A stretch of 63,384 bases of DNA, filler included, from Reticulomyxa filosa (GCA_000512085.1; 15 parts of 15 records of this genome joined end to end with filler, not necessarily neighbours in it), one strand, 5' to 3'. Positions 50,511 through 63,384 are shown, counted from the whole stretch's first letter. The notes: a model not told the origin generated them from the sequence alone. Translations and numbers: made by a program.

Positions 50511-53500
50511 TTGCTTTCTTCGTCGTTTCTTCAGTGGTGTTTCAATGCCGTTTAAACGTTTGATATACGTATCCTTGTTTGCTGCTGTTAATTTAACATG
50601 TTTAATTTCAATTTCGCTTTTAATTGATTCTTGTTAGATTATTGTAGTCAACAACCACTGGCTGAGTTTGTATGTATTCTCCCAGCGCTTTTATGGTATT
50701 TGGAATATTTGTCTTTCTTTTCTTTTTCGAGCTATTGTTTTTAAATCTTTTCTTGACAAAGCATTAAGTTTGTTTCTTCACATTGCNNNNNNNNNNNNNN
50801 NNNNNNNNNNNNNNNNNNNNNNNNNNNNNNTTAATTAATTAANNNNNNNNNNNNNNNNNNNNNNNNNNNNNNNNNNNNNNNNNNNNACAAGTAAATTAAA
50901 ACAAATTAAAGAGAAATGACACGAAAAAGAGGAAACAAAACAAGGCAAAGTGAAGAAGGTTGTAAAGGAAGTTTAACCCACTGGGGGTTCCTCAGGTCCT
51001 CCTGAGTTCAAACATTTAGAATAGGGACTTGTACTACACTAGTGTGATTTGAGTTTTAATTTTGTTGTTTTGATTTTGTTTTTAAGGAAATTAGAAATTG
51101 TTTTGTTTAAATTAAAAATTTTATTTTGGAAATTTCGAAAAGGGTCTTGAGTCGCAGCATAATGAATAGATTGCGACACATTATATTCGAGCACAACGTG
51201 ACAATCAGCAAATCCACTTAGCATGACTGTATATCTGAAGATGAAATTTTTCAAGTAATTAAAATTTGTTAATAAACTTTCAATTTCCTTTTGACTTGAG
51301 TTCAATTTCAAAATGATGATTTTGGATGCTTATATTATTGTTAGTGGAAGTATTTTTCTTTGAGTTTAAAATTACAAGTTGTGTATTGAGTGGTTTTTTA
51401 ATTGATTTTGAAAAGATATTTATTAGAGCTAAAAGGCCTTATATATGACGTTAGCCACTGACAATCACAACTTGCGATGACCTGAATGCACTTTCTATTA
51501 AATATCTCTTTCAATTCCATTCACTTATTTAATATTGACACAACTACCGCAAAATTGTAATAGTTGAAAAATTTGTTTTCTTAACTTGTTTTGTTTTTGT
51601 TATTATGAAGTGCTATGTTAAATTTTTTGACAATATGCTTCTTTTCTGCTTGTTCTTTCTTTTTGTTAACTTGGAAATGTAAATCCACTGGTGATTCAGC
51701 TATCACCTAAAAAAAAATGATATATTTAATTCTTACAATAGAAACCTTCCACAATCTAAATAAAATGCAAATAATAATTTGTTCTAAATTTTTGCTATTC
51801 TTTCAATTAAACATACATCGACTTGTTATGTAAAAGAAAAAACAGTATTTTACTTGTTTTAAAAAATTAATCACTCACAAAGATGACAATTCAAAAGTGT
51901 TTCATTTTGAATGTTATACGACGTTATAACTTGATAAACTTGTATTCGTTTCTAAAAAAATTGTTACAAGTTGTTTTTAGGTTAAATCTTCCTTTATATT
52001 TGCGTTCTACTATTTTAGCCCACAATAATGTCAATTGATCCAAAACAGGGAAAGACGAACAAGTATTTTTTAGATTAAAGATTTTTAGATGTTCAGCATA
52101 GAAGCATTTTGTAGAGTTTTTTTCCACTTTGTAGAAAAAGTAATGTTTATGAAATATCAAATCTGTCAGAAATGGTAATAATTGCTGAAAACAAAAAAAA
52201 TATTGTATTTCAATATTATTTTAAGAATTAAATCAACATCTTTTTTATTTGTAGTACAAACCATTATCAGAAATCCAAGTGAACCTCAGAACTCTCTTTA
52301 TTCTGGTTCACACTAACTTCACTCATCAGTCTTTCGTTCTTTTTAGTCTTTGCTTATTTGTTTTTGATCATTATTTTCTCGTTATTTAACAAATTTCGTT
52401 TTGTTGGAAATTTTCTCAGGAGAGCTAATCAACCTTTCGTATTACACTTTGTGCAGTTTTTTTCAGCAGATATTCCACAGCAGCATATGTTCACATGATG
52501 CTGAAAGCGATCCAAAACTGACAATATGTGTTGGACGAACTTACTCTGGTCAGTTGTGATTGAAGACTTAGTCTAATTTAGTCGTTAATGCGATATAGTT
52601 TTGATTTACACATTATTCGAATATTACACAAACCAAAAAGAAAGACAATAATATTTCAATTACCATTTAAAAAACAGATGTTTTTCGTAAGGAAAAAGGA
52701 ACATCAATAAGGGATAGCAATGTGCCATTAGCACTCCAAAATGCGTTGTATTTTGGATTGTGAAGGCGAAGAAAAGGGCAGTTTGCTGGAAGAGTTGGTG
52801 GCCGATGGCACAGTGGAAAGCATTGATCGATATTGCAATTGAAAGATGAAATCCAAGAAAGATATTGGCACAAGAGAGAGAAGACGAAACATGACTCCCC
52901 ATCCAGGTTGGTAAACTCTTTGTGGGCGATCGGAGGTCACAGCATGAACAATCGAATCAATGACAGGCGTAATATCTTGATAATTGATATGATTGCTAAC
53001 ACGTTCGCGAACTTTTTTTTTTTTTTTTTTTTTTTNNNNNNNNNNNNNNNNNNNNNNNNNNNNNNNNNNNNNNNNNNNNTTAATTAATTAANNNNNNNNN
53101 NNNNNNNNNNNNNNNNNNNNNNNNNNNNNNNNNNNTTTATTTATATATACTAGAGATCGTGGGGAATCCAAATCTGTAATCAGAATTCTTCTACGATGAA
53201 TACAATTCAATATCAGCTCATTACAAGTTCATTACATGAAACTGGAGTTGGTTTGTTACTTAAGTTTCATATTGATATGCAAGGTACACTCAAATTCAAA
53301 TGATTGTGATTATGTGCAAAGTCTTAATTGAAAATATTACTTTTTAAAAATAACATCGTGTGACGTCACAAATGGTACTACGCCATGTAACTTAACGATA
53401 ATTTTTTACTTTATGTCAATGCTAATTTGTTAGTAATCACGTAACTACATTTTGTTGCAAATCATACATAACTGATATAATTGACAGCAATTCATTAAAT

Positions 53501-55432
53501 CTTACTTTTATTAGTGTAATTGTTGGACTATATGACAGCAATTTTTATGCATTTATTTTTCTTTGTATGAAATAATAAGTTAGCATAATTATTAAATAAG
53601 CTCTGATTTGATATTTAGATATTGCACGAAATAAACGTAGGCTTATCTTTGTGTTGTATGATATATTTACATATATATTGCAGATATAACATGCTAACTT
53701 TGCTGTAATTGTAATTTTTATTGTTCTTTCATTAATTGAAAGTGTTTCTTTTAACTTCACAAAACATTAGTTCAACCAAATATACAAAAATTGACTCTGA
53801 TCAACAGTTAAATCTGAACAAACAATATCGTCATCTTTTCGCACGTACAAAGTTGCATCACAATAGTCATGTATGCCGCTAACATAAAAACCAGACAAAC
53901 GTTATTATGCGCATCAACCCACTTAATGTTTTGAAGTCATTACTATGCCAATCAACTTTCAATTGCAAACACTTGTCTATTGCTTTGCATACAGTTTCCA
54001 AAACTTCTACTTTCATCATATTTCGTAAATGTAAAATTACTTGCTGCAAGAGCTTCATATTATGTTGTATATTCATGTATCTTATAAATTTCAAAGTTCG
54101 TGTAATCATTTTATCATAAATAACAGTTACAAACAAAGATATATTACATAATTGATAACTTGATCGACGCAACATACTTGGCGAAGCAAATGCAAGCTTG
54201 TGTATTGTAAGTTTTCGTTTGAAACGACTTATATTACTTATTAATCAAGATGAATCGCAACAAATGTATGTGTTTGCATGCCTTTGCATTATATCGTGAT
54301 ATGGTATTAAAACAAACTGTAGACAACATCAAGATACGACACAATATTATATGTAATATTTACAATTATACAATGATTATTCTTGTCATAATTAAGTGCT
54401 TCAACGATTAATTGAAAATGATATCTCGTTCAAGTCACTGTTCGATCCTCCAACGATTGCGTATAAAACAACTTGTGTAAAACTAACATGTTATCACTAT
54501 TGAATAAATAGTCAATTAATTATATTCAATATTCAAAGCGCTAATTATTCACTTGATATCTCCATTAGTAGTACAACTTGAACAAATCTGCATTCTTATA
54601 AGCAAAAAATCTGCAAATCCTTTAGTCAATTCAAGTTTATAGAACTTTGTGCAGAAAGTTGTGATATTCATTTACTGGAACTGTTTGAAGTAAATGTTCA
54701 AGCGTTCTTGTGCATTTCTACAATCACATCGAAAAAATATCTCGAAAAAAGCTGGCCAAGGCAACTTGACAAAAAACTAAAATTGCTATATGACAAAAAT
54801 GTCAAAAAAAGAACTGATGAAATTTGAAGTTCAAGGTCACTCAGTCTGCATTTGTGTCTGTTCTGAAGATTAACAAAAAAAAACATAATTCAAATAATTG
54901 ACCAATTGTTACTATTTTTTCCACACATTTTTTTTTCACAAAAAATCTCAATTGCACAATGTTTGAGAATGTCTTCATCATTGTACAATTGTTCTCATTT
55001 TAACTTTAGACACTATCTTGTTATTTGTTTTGTTTACACAGACGAAATACTTTTTTCTCTTAAAAAATCTTATGTGCATTTTTTTCTTCATATATTATCG
55101 AAAGATATGGCCAAAAAGCGCATGCACTCATACGAGCAATGCAAATTTCAAAAAGCAAGTAGCAGTGAATATGGATTATATGCAATGCACAAACGACAAA
55201 ACTCTCTTGACGAAATTGTTTCATATATCGTGGTGTTTGATTTGTTTACTGTTGATTTATTCGAAAATTTTTGACAATTAAAAAAACATCAATTTGAAAT
55301 ATCAACACTCTGTACTCTACTTTTCATTGGAAGTTGCACATTTAGCAAAATACCAGTGATAGAAGCAAACCACATTGTGTGCTTTAATAAATTGGGAATT
55401 GCAAGAAAAGCCGAGCTTACAAAATTTAGAAC

Positions 55433-57929
55433 ATGAGCAGAAACGAGGACGGCTTGGCGTCTCCAAGTTCGCTTGACGACGAATTAAGACATAATTTTTC
55501 CATTTCAAATTCGCCGGTAATGTCGAATGGGTTTTCGACTGACCTAAAATCCAATGACACAAGAGCAGAGATGAAAACAAACGATAGCATGGCCAAACGA
55601 AGTACATTTCGCCGAACGTTTACACCAAGGTTGGACGTCATAGCAAAAAATTTAGAAAGTTTTTCCACTGAAAACGATGTTAGTTTGCAATATGCAATAT
55701 TTATATATGTATCGAACGTAATATTGTAAATGAAGAAAAATGTAAAATAAAAAAAAGGAAACGAGTTTGAGTTCATTGATGGGTCAGGTGGATTTTCGTG
55801 ATCTGTTGGAGCAATTAAATGTAGGAGTAGAAATGATGACGCATTTGAAAGAGGTTGTTCGAAAATTTGGTAAATACCAGGAACAAGGGTCTGCGAAACT
55901 GTTGTCAGTATTGGAAAAATACGCCCCGATTTTCGAGCACAAAAAAGTCGATGGGATCAAAGAGTTTGCACAATGTTGCGACTTGGCATATCAATTGGTG
56001 ATGGAGACCGCACGTGCTCAATGTCGATTAGCTGAATTTCTCAGCACCAAAGTTGTTCCAACTATGAATGGATACATTGAAGTTTTTCATATTCCCTTTT
56101 TTTTTAAAAAAAAAAAAAAAGAAAGCCTAAACACTTGCATCAAAGATATAACGTATACGTATCTTCAAAATAAAAAAAAGATTTTTTCTCTCTCTCTCTT
56201 TCTACCGCCAAGTTATGCCGTGACATAGGACAAGCAACAAAAAGTTCAACAAATCAATCGGCAAAGCCAACAAGCACAAACTAAATTGGATGCCACAATC
56301 GCGACAATGGAAAAACAAAGTCTGTACAAAACCGCGCACAACATACACACAGCTCATGTCCAATAGATAGGAATTACGTGGAAATACACAAAAACAAATG
56401 AAAGAGGATATCGCCAAGAGTGCATCAGAAAAAGCGAAGCAAGTAGGTCCAGTGCAACGACTGAGTCGTCATAAAAGCGTGGAAGTGAGAGACTGGAATA
56501 AGCCGAGACGCAGTTGGATAAGCAAAGTGGGAAAAAAGCTGAGCAATTCGTCGGAAGAGGAGCAGCTGTACTTGAAAGCGCTTCAAGAAGACAAGGTCTA
56601 TCAAGCCACGGTGATGACGGCCAATTATCAACAAGACATTTACAATCAAACAGAGGAAAAGTTCAAAAAGGAATGCCATCAAATGGAAGTCGATCGTATC
56701 ACTTTTTGCGTCGAGCAACTCAAAACTTTTATCACTCAACACAGGCAAATGTTTCACAATGAAAAGATACTGGTTTGTTTGTTTTTTTACATGTGTACAC
56801 TCGATTATCTGAGTTGGATGTATCATTTCTCTCACTCTAATGTGCTATTGCATAGACGCTGCAACAACAACTTGAAACTTCTTTGGACTCGCTAGATTCC
56901 AAAAAAGAATTTGCAAAATTCCTCAAATCCACGTTCTGTTTTGTTTTTTAGAAAAACAAAACAGAGTTGTGCTAATCCCTCTTTTTTCCTTTATTTCTCA
57001 CAGAATCGCTTTGAAGGGTCCCAAAAGAAAACCTTCTTATTTTCAACATGAATCGGGAGACTTTCAAAACTCATTTTACTCTCTTCGTGATGCCATGGAC
57101 TCAACCAAAGTTTAGTTTTTTTTTATTGCTTTGTGTAGAGAGGAAAAAACTGGCATGATTGCATGCGTACAACGGAGAAGTAAGACGGATGGGGTGAAAT
57201 GGGCTTAGAAAATCGACGTATCCGCGACAGTCCCCAAAATAATGACAATATTGTGTGAAAAAGTACTCGAATTAGAAGGGCATAAGACAGAAGGAATATT
57301 TCGAATATCGCCTGCAGCAATTCATTTACAAACTCTGCGACGTGAAGTTTGGTCTTTTTTTGCATATGAGCAATTTCTTTGTATTATGTGCGTATATAAA
57401 TGTGGAGAATAAAAATACAATGTGCAGTTGATGAACAATGACTACTCTGTAAAAACAAGAGATGTTCATGTTCCTGCATGCATGCTAAAAGAATGGTTGC
57501 GAGGCTTGAATGATTCTCTGATTCCAAGCAGTTATTATGACGCTTGTGTCACAATGGTCAAAGAAAAGAAAAAATTAGATCACGAAACATTAGACGTATT
57601 TTTATCACAACTGCCTCGTTTCGTATTTTTATTTATACGCCATTTCATTTCTTTGGAAAATCACTCTTATTGCACATATACACATATGACTTGTGGTTAA
57701 TTGGACAGAGGAAAACAGAGAAAGCATTCGATATTTGGTCGGATTTTTAAAGAAATTGTTGGACCCAAAATGTATTGAACTCACAAAAATGAACTTAGAA
57801 AATATTGGCATTGTATTTGCGCCGACCATTTTACACTGTCCCTCAGACGACCCCACTTTACTTATGCAAAATAATAAGTTTGAAAGGGATTTTGCAATGC
57901 AATTGATTACGAATTTGATCATCGACTAA
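55433..57929 (+). CDS. F-BAR + RhoGAP protein, multi-exon
   Basis: F-BAR-like helices (FRDLLEQLNVGVEMMTHLKEVVRKFGKYQEQGSAKL...QMEVDRITF). RhoGAP motifs EGHKTEGIFRISP (Arg finger), DVHVPACMLKEWLRGLNDSLIP and TKMNLENIGIVFAPTIL. Confidence 0.9.
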
Positions 57930-58371
57930 TCCCCATCGTATTGTGACTTTTTTTGCTGTTGTTTAATGCATTTATCCAGTCTTTTTTTTTGTTTCCTCAA
58001 CCCCATGTATTTTTTTTCAAGCACAAATCAACGAAGTAAACAAGAAACAAAGCATGGTGTTTTTTTGTTGTTTTTGTTCTCACTTTTTTTTTTTTTTGTT
58101 GCTAATTTTATGACCACGCTTGATTCGTGTCAAAGATCATTTTTTCTGTGTAATCAAACAAAAATCAATTATGTGCTCAATACTTCGTTGTGAGGCATGT
58201 ATCTTCAATTTTGGAGTAAGAAAGATTGATGAGAGACAAATTATGCAGAAAGAGGATCAAAAATTTTTGATTAAGCGATGGTCGATAAAATAGACCTCTT
58301 GACACAGTGATGTTATTGTATTGTACAAAGATAAAGAAAATGAAATTTTTTTGTTAAGAAACAAATTGTCA

Positions 58372-59748
58372 TCAACCAAAATATTTTTGTAAGAGCTGGG
58401 CAATTTCAGGCGCAATCATCAATTCAATATGAAGTAAGGAAGTGATATTGTCAATGAAAACATAAGGTGAAGCCCATTTCAATTGATTGACACCAAAGCG
58501 TTCTCTCCAATCCAAACTCTGATTTGTGATCATAGGTACAGGCTCAAAAACAAATTTGGAAGAAATGGATCTGTTACCAGGCTCAGAAAGTATATTTTGT
58601 GGAATCATTTTGTATTTCCTCCCCCTATTTAAATGGGGAAATGGCCTCCGTGCAATGGCCGTAGTACAGCCAAGGAATTCAATAAGTGGTTTCCATTGCG
58701 GATAATAGGGCTGTTGTGGAATCGAAGATCGGTTCATATGTTCTGAGATGTTTTTTAGCTGTTGGTCATTAAAGTTAAGAATGAGTAAGTCATTGGATCG
58801 ATTCTGGCTCTTGAAATAATCAATCACAAATTGGTTGTGTAACTCATATCTTCGAGCCACAAGCATCAAAAAATCTTTTTCCGCCAATCCTTTTATTGCG
58901 TACATTTTTCTATGCCGTTTCAAATAGTTCAAATGGCTCTGAGCTATTTGTGCTGGTGAATCACGAATTGTCAAAATGAACTTACTGTTTGGATACCATT
59001 TATCAAATATCACAAATAAAAAGCACCAAGGGCTATCTCCTTTGTTTTTTTTTCAATTCTGATTTAAAAAAAGTCTTTTAAAAAAAAACATATATGTAGA
59101 TACACATATATGTATACATATATAATAACCAAATGCCTGTGCTCGAAGTGAAGTGTTCCTGAATTTGCCAATGAGCTCATCGTGTTGAAATATGTCCATG
59201 GTAATGTCATTAATAGATTTCCACACCATAGATGCATCTTGCACGTATTTCCACAGACCAAGATGAAGACAAGAATCTCTGTAGCAACCGTAGCCCATCA
59301 ACTCTAATGCCTTCACTAATGTGGTTGTCCCTGTTTTCATTAGTCCAATCCCAAACACTTTTCCTTGGTGCTTGCACTGTCTGTTCCCTTGGGGTAACAC
59401 TTCCTGTTCTTGTGTTTTTGGTATAAACGTGTCAAGTTTTCTCACTATTTCTTCATCAATAAGTGCTTCGTCATACCCATACGTTAATGCCGAGCGTGAC
59501 TCGCTCACGCGCAATGGAAAATGTCCCCATGATTTATTGGCGTAATTCACAGACACGAGCTTTATCCATTCCTCTTTTTTCAACGAATCTCCTAAAAATC
59601 TTCTTTCTTCATCCATTATATCGGTCTCATTCAATGTTGCTATTATCAACATTTGGTTCAAAAGCGATATAAAAACTATTGAAAACACTATAAATACCAC
59701 CCATTTGCGATTACAAATTTCCTTTGGTTTCTGTTTTTCTTTCACCAT
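58372..59748 (-). CDS. Type II membrane sulfotransferase-like protein (P-loop sulfotransferase family), 2 exons
   Basis: N-terminal TM anchor; PAPS-binding loop KVFGIGLMKTGTTTLVKALELMGY; intron junction AFG|DSPWCFLFVIFDKWYPNSKFILTIRDS; LLILNF...WKPLIEFLG...PFPHLN. Confidence 0.88.
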
Positions 59749-60362
59749 GATCTTTTATCTTATTTATGTTACTGAAAGACCTATCCCAATTACAGATTTA
59801 TCAATGACAGACATCAACAAGGATTTTTCCATACGGTACTCTTTAAAAATAAAAGGCTCAAAATCAGTTGCAATGTCAATTTTTGCTTTTCTTTAAGTAA
59901 TAGTTCTACTAGATTAATATAAAGAGTCAATTTCTTCATGTAATTTGACATGCATGCAGTTTTTATTACATTGTTTTAACTTATTCCCACGTGCTGTTAG
60001 CAATAGAAATTTAACCACTTAATTTTAATCAAATCTATATTTTCTTGAAGGAAATCCAAAGAGCAAAAGTTTGCCATATAAATTTGACTTTACCATATGA
60101 ATTGTATAAATACATTGAAATGATCAATAAATAAAGTTGATGAAGTTCCTCGTCGTATGCATATTCTTTTGTTTCCAACCCGAAATTATTTCAGAAAAAG
60201 CAAAAATCAATAATAAGTACTGGCTGTTACCAAAAATACATTATTTTTTTGTAAATAAATGTGTTTATACAATAAAACAAAAACTGGCACGAAAGTGTTC
60301 ACTTCGGGAAAAAATTTTCCAAAAAAGGAATCGCTTTACTTTTCTGTACCCGGCAATCCATA

Positions 60363-60886
60363 ATGGCAGAAAGTAATATTTCATTAATTTTATCTTATTT
60401 ATGCACATAATCCATATTCCTTTACTTGAACAGAATTGGTCTTGCAGCGTCGTAATGACTTCGAAGACGAAGAAGAAGTTCGATCAAATTGTCATATTCG
60501 TGTTCAACAGGTATCAACAGTTTTTTCTACACGTTAAAGAGTTTAGCTCAATTCTTGGTTTGCACACCTTTACAGAGACGAGGACGAAAATGTGTGACCA
60601 CAGTACAAGGTTTAGCTGATGATTTAGACCTGAAAAAGATTTTGCGATTTTTCAAAAAAGTTACCAAAAAAACAAAATGAAAACGTACTGATATTTGCGG
60701 ATGTGTGATGTTTGTTTGTTATTTTTTTTCTGTTTGCAGATGTACAACACCAACGGGACAGTGATCAAAGCAGAGGTTGGTGGAGATGTGATCCAATTAC
60801 AAGGAGATCAAAGAGAAAATATGAAAAAGTTTCTTACTACTTTCAACATTTGCCCCAAAGGCGAAATAACAATTCACGGTTTTTAA
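60363..60886 (+). CDS. EIF1: Translation initiation factor eIF1 (SUI1), 4 exons
   Basis: Spliced product MAEKLVLQRRNDFEDEEEVRSNCHIRVQQRRGRKCVTTVQGLADDLDLKKILRFFKKMYNTNGTVIKAEVGGDVIQLQGDQRENMKKFLTTFNICPKGEITIHGF*. Confidence 0.95.
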
Positions 60887-61223
60887 AATTAAGACGCTTA
60901 TTCTTGAGTTTTACGAAGCAAACTTTTTGCGTGTTGGAAAGACAAAAAGTTGGATTGAGGGCAATAACAAGTTTAAAATTGATAGATTCTTTAAACTTTT
61001 CATTTTTTATCAACAATGGCAATTTTCCAATGAAACCAATTAACTTTGCAAAGTTTTCTTTAGCTAAAAAAACTTCTATTTTGCGGCTGAGCATTCTTAC
61101 TCGTTGAATAAGGATTAATGGAAGTAGTTTGCTGAAAAACTTTTGGCGACATAAACCCATAATTAATTAGAACAAATCAATTGACAATACCCTCAAAAAA
61201 AACGAGCATAAAATCACAAAACA

Positions 61224-61865
61224 TTATACAAACACCAAATTATTTTCGGTACTTTTGGAATAGGCTTGATACTCAATGTACACAAAATACAGCATCAACT
61301 TTGCACCAACAAGGTGCCACAAAATGTGCCAAAATAACCACTGGTATTTTCGAGTGGAGCGCCTCGATCTATCCAAACTGTAAATGCCGAATATGCATAA
61401 TAATCCACACACGACAAATTCAAATATTCCCAATGGCAACAAGAATAATTTGCTCAAAGTAAGTAGTGCTGATGTTGTTGCACTCCAGCGATCGACTGTG
61501 TGAGCATAACTGACGATACAATTTTTTGTATTTTATTGTTGGGACAATAAAACAAAGATATTCACATGATTGCAATGTTAGATGAAAGATATTATTTACG
61601 CAAAAAATAAACTCAACGAGGCAATTCCAGCACAAATGAAATCGGATGTAAAACTGTTAAAAGCGGTGATAACATATAGCACAGATTCATATACAGCGCA
61701 ATACCGGATTCCAAGCACAAAGTAATACATGGCTACTCCTGGAGCTAAATAAAAAAGACACGACACTCCCAACATCCAGTTTGCCCACTCTGCTGGGGCG
61801 TGCAAATGAAGATGAGGATTGAACATTGATTTTACTTGATTCACGAAAAAATGCTTTACATCCAT
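61224..61865 (-). CDS. CREST-superfamily-like multi-pass membrane protein, 2 exons
   Basis: Hydrophobic helices with NSFTSD, HTVDRW and WLFWHILWHL, in the order of the CREST SxxxH / D / HxxxH motifs. Confidence 0.65.
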
Positions 61866-62792
61866 GTCTTTCCTTGATTAACTTGTTCTTTTTTAAAATC
61901 CTCTGGTTCAGCAGTAAAAACAAATTTTTGAGAAACACAAATTCAAGACAAATAACCTAAGTCAGAAATTCTTTTAACAGCATAGATCATAGATAGAAAA
62001 CCAAAAAAGCTAAAAGAAAGCACAAATAACAAATTTGTAAGGAAACGGAGTCTGAAATGCAGCGAAGTAAACTTAAAAGCAAATTAAAGAATAAAAGAGC
62101 GAATGGAATTATTATTGTATTAAGATGATAGGACCAGTTAAGACTCTGTATCAAGTACTATAGACTACAAACTTATCAATGAAATTATGTCGATGAAATT
62201 AAGAACGAAAAATCAGAAATACATAATCACGAATTGTTCTGTTTCGACAGTTGGTTTTTCTTCGATTTTTCTTGATATACATGACATTCGTGATCTGAAA
62301 TTTTCAACTGGTAGAAAATTTTTTTAGTTTCTTTATATTGTCTTTGCATCGCTTTCGCTACAAGTTTTTCATACGACGAAAATCATTGAGACCTTTGAAG
62401 ATAATATCAAAACTCTTTAGATAATGTTGCTTTGTCTAGTTGTCCAAAATTTAATCTAATCGAAAAAAGCAAAGTTGATATAAGAAGCATGTTGAAATGA
62501 ATATTTTTTGGCATCAATGAAACTTGACTATTTGATATGACTGTGTTCATACAAAAGAATAAGCATAGTCTTAGCATATTTTTTTTATAGTTGAATTAGA
62601 TCTTATCTTAGTTAAAAAGAGCACCTCGTCCCAAAGTAACAAAGTAATATAAAGAAAAACAAAAACAAAAGAAAAAAACTAGAAAAATTCATTAAACTCA
62701 CGCACAATTGACAACAACAAGAGGAAAAACATATCAAGTTTGGTTAATTATTAAAATATCAAAAAACAATTAAATCTCAAAGGCTGTAAATA

Positions 62793-63384
62793 CAATAGGA
62801 TAAAAAAGAAAGTTGACACATAAAATACCAAATTATAGAGATGATTGTGTTTCTTCATGAAAAAACAACATTTTACCAAAATTTTTTTCATTTACTTTAA
62901 AAATTTTTTGTGGTTGCCATATAAGATTTGTTTTTTAAAATTTAGTTCAAGTTTACCAACGTGTTAAATCTACTTTGGTCTTTTTAACTGACTGTATTTT
63001 CTTTGGCATCGATTTTATTAAGGTTTCACAATGTTCATTTCTATTTTTTCAAATTCTGTTTCGATTTGTTCCAAAGTTCTTCCGTAGTATTAAATGGTTC
63101 TTTTTTGTGAATCATCGTATTTACTATCCACCAAAGATTTTCAATTGGATTTAAATTAGGTGAATTTGCAGGAAATTCATTTTTTTCATTTTTTTTTGTT
63201 TTAACAATTTCATAATTTTTTCCGATTTATGGCATGTTACGTTATCTTGCTGAAAATCCAATTTTCTTTATTTTTTAAGCAGCAATTGACGCTATTTAGA
63301 TTTAGCCAGATAAAACTTCTTTATATATCAGCATTTACTCCACCTTCCACCTTGCAAGTGTAACATATTACTAATACTCCAAAA
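62793..63384 (-). mobile_element. Degenerate Tc1-like (DD34E) DNA transposon, 3' end with TIR
   Basis: The minus strand gives FQQDNVTCHKS, FPANSPNLNPIENLW and LIKSMPKKIQSVKKTKVDLTRW* (stop at 62953). The D-to-E distance is 104 nt versus 105 expected for D34E. TIR TA|CAATAGGATAAAAAAGAAAGTTGACAC at 62793. Confidence 0.88.

Noticed and set aside
3490-53135. Fourteen regularly recurring palindromic TTAATTAATTAA motifs as a biological repeat, CRISPR-like array or chromosome-breakage signal
   Set aside because: Each is centred in exactly 44+44 Ns. It is a synthetic six-frame-stop contig linker.
27781-63384. A clustered defence system (Piwi, RNF213-like, cyclase, Tc1)
   Set aside because: The components sit on different contigs separated by artificial spacers, so adjacency is not evidence of linkage.

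Overview
This is not a prokaryotic locus. It is an AT-rich, intron-containing eukaryotic draft assembly made of 15 pieces joined by 14 identical artificial 100-nt spacers (N44-TTAATTAATTAA-N44, stops in all six frames), so gene neighbourhood across spacers cannot be trusted. A divergent alpha-tubulin resembling the retarian alpha2 type, an expanded WD40 family with many relics, heavy pseudogenisation and homopolymer errors suggest a foraminiferan such as Reticulomyxa filosa (inference, not verified). Splicing by hand recovers several genes the ORF track misses or fragments: ATG18/WIPI, a pentapeptide-repeat protein, a Q/N-rich CAP-Gly protein, an FtsX/MacB-like permease, a divergent EF-2, a Ku-binding-motif plus PBZ protein, WS/DGAT, WD40, a Piwi/Argonaute N-terminus, a giant Pro-rich/ARM/PH protein, a double CAP-Gly protein, a membrane class III cyclase, an F-BAR RhoGAP, a sulfotransferase, eIF1 and a CREST-like membrane protein. 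There are also pseudogenes of alpha-tubulin, CCT7 and an RNF213-like AAA+ ATPase, and a Tc1 transposon remnant with matching TIRs. The best leads are the minimal APLF/CYREN-like NHEJ adaptor, the RNF213-like relic, the poly(A)-type 3' splice sites and the catalytically incomplete cyclase. No multi-gene novel system can be firmly supported from this window.
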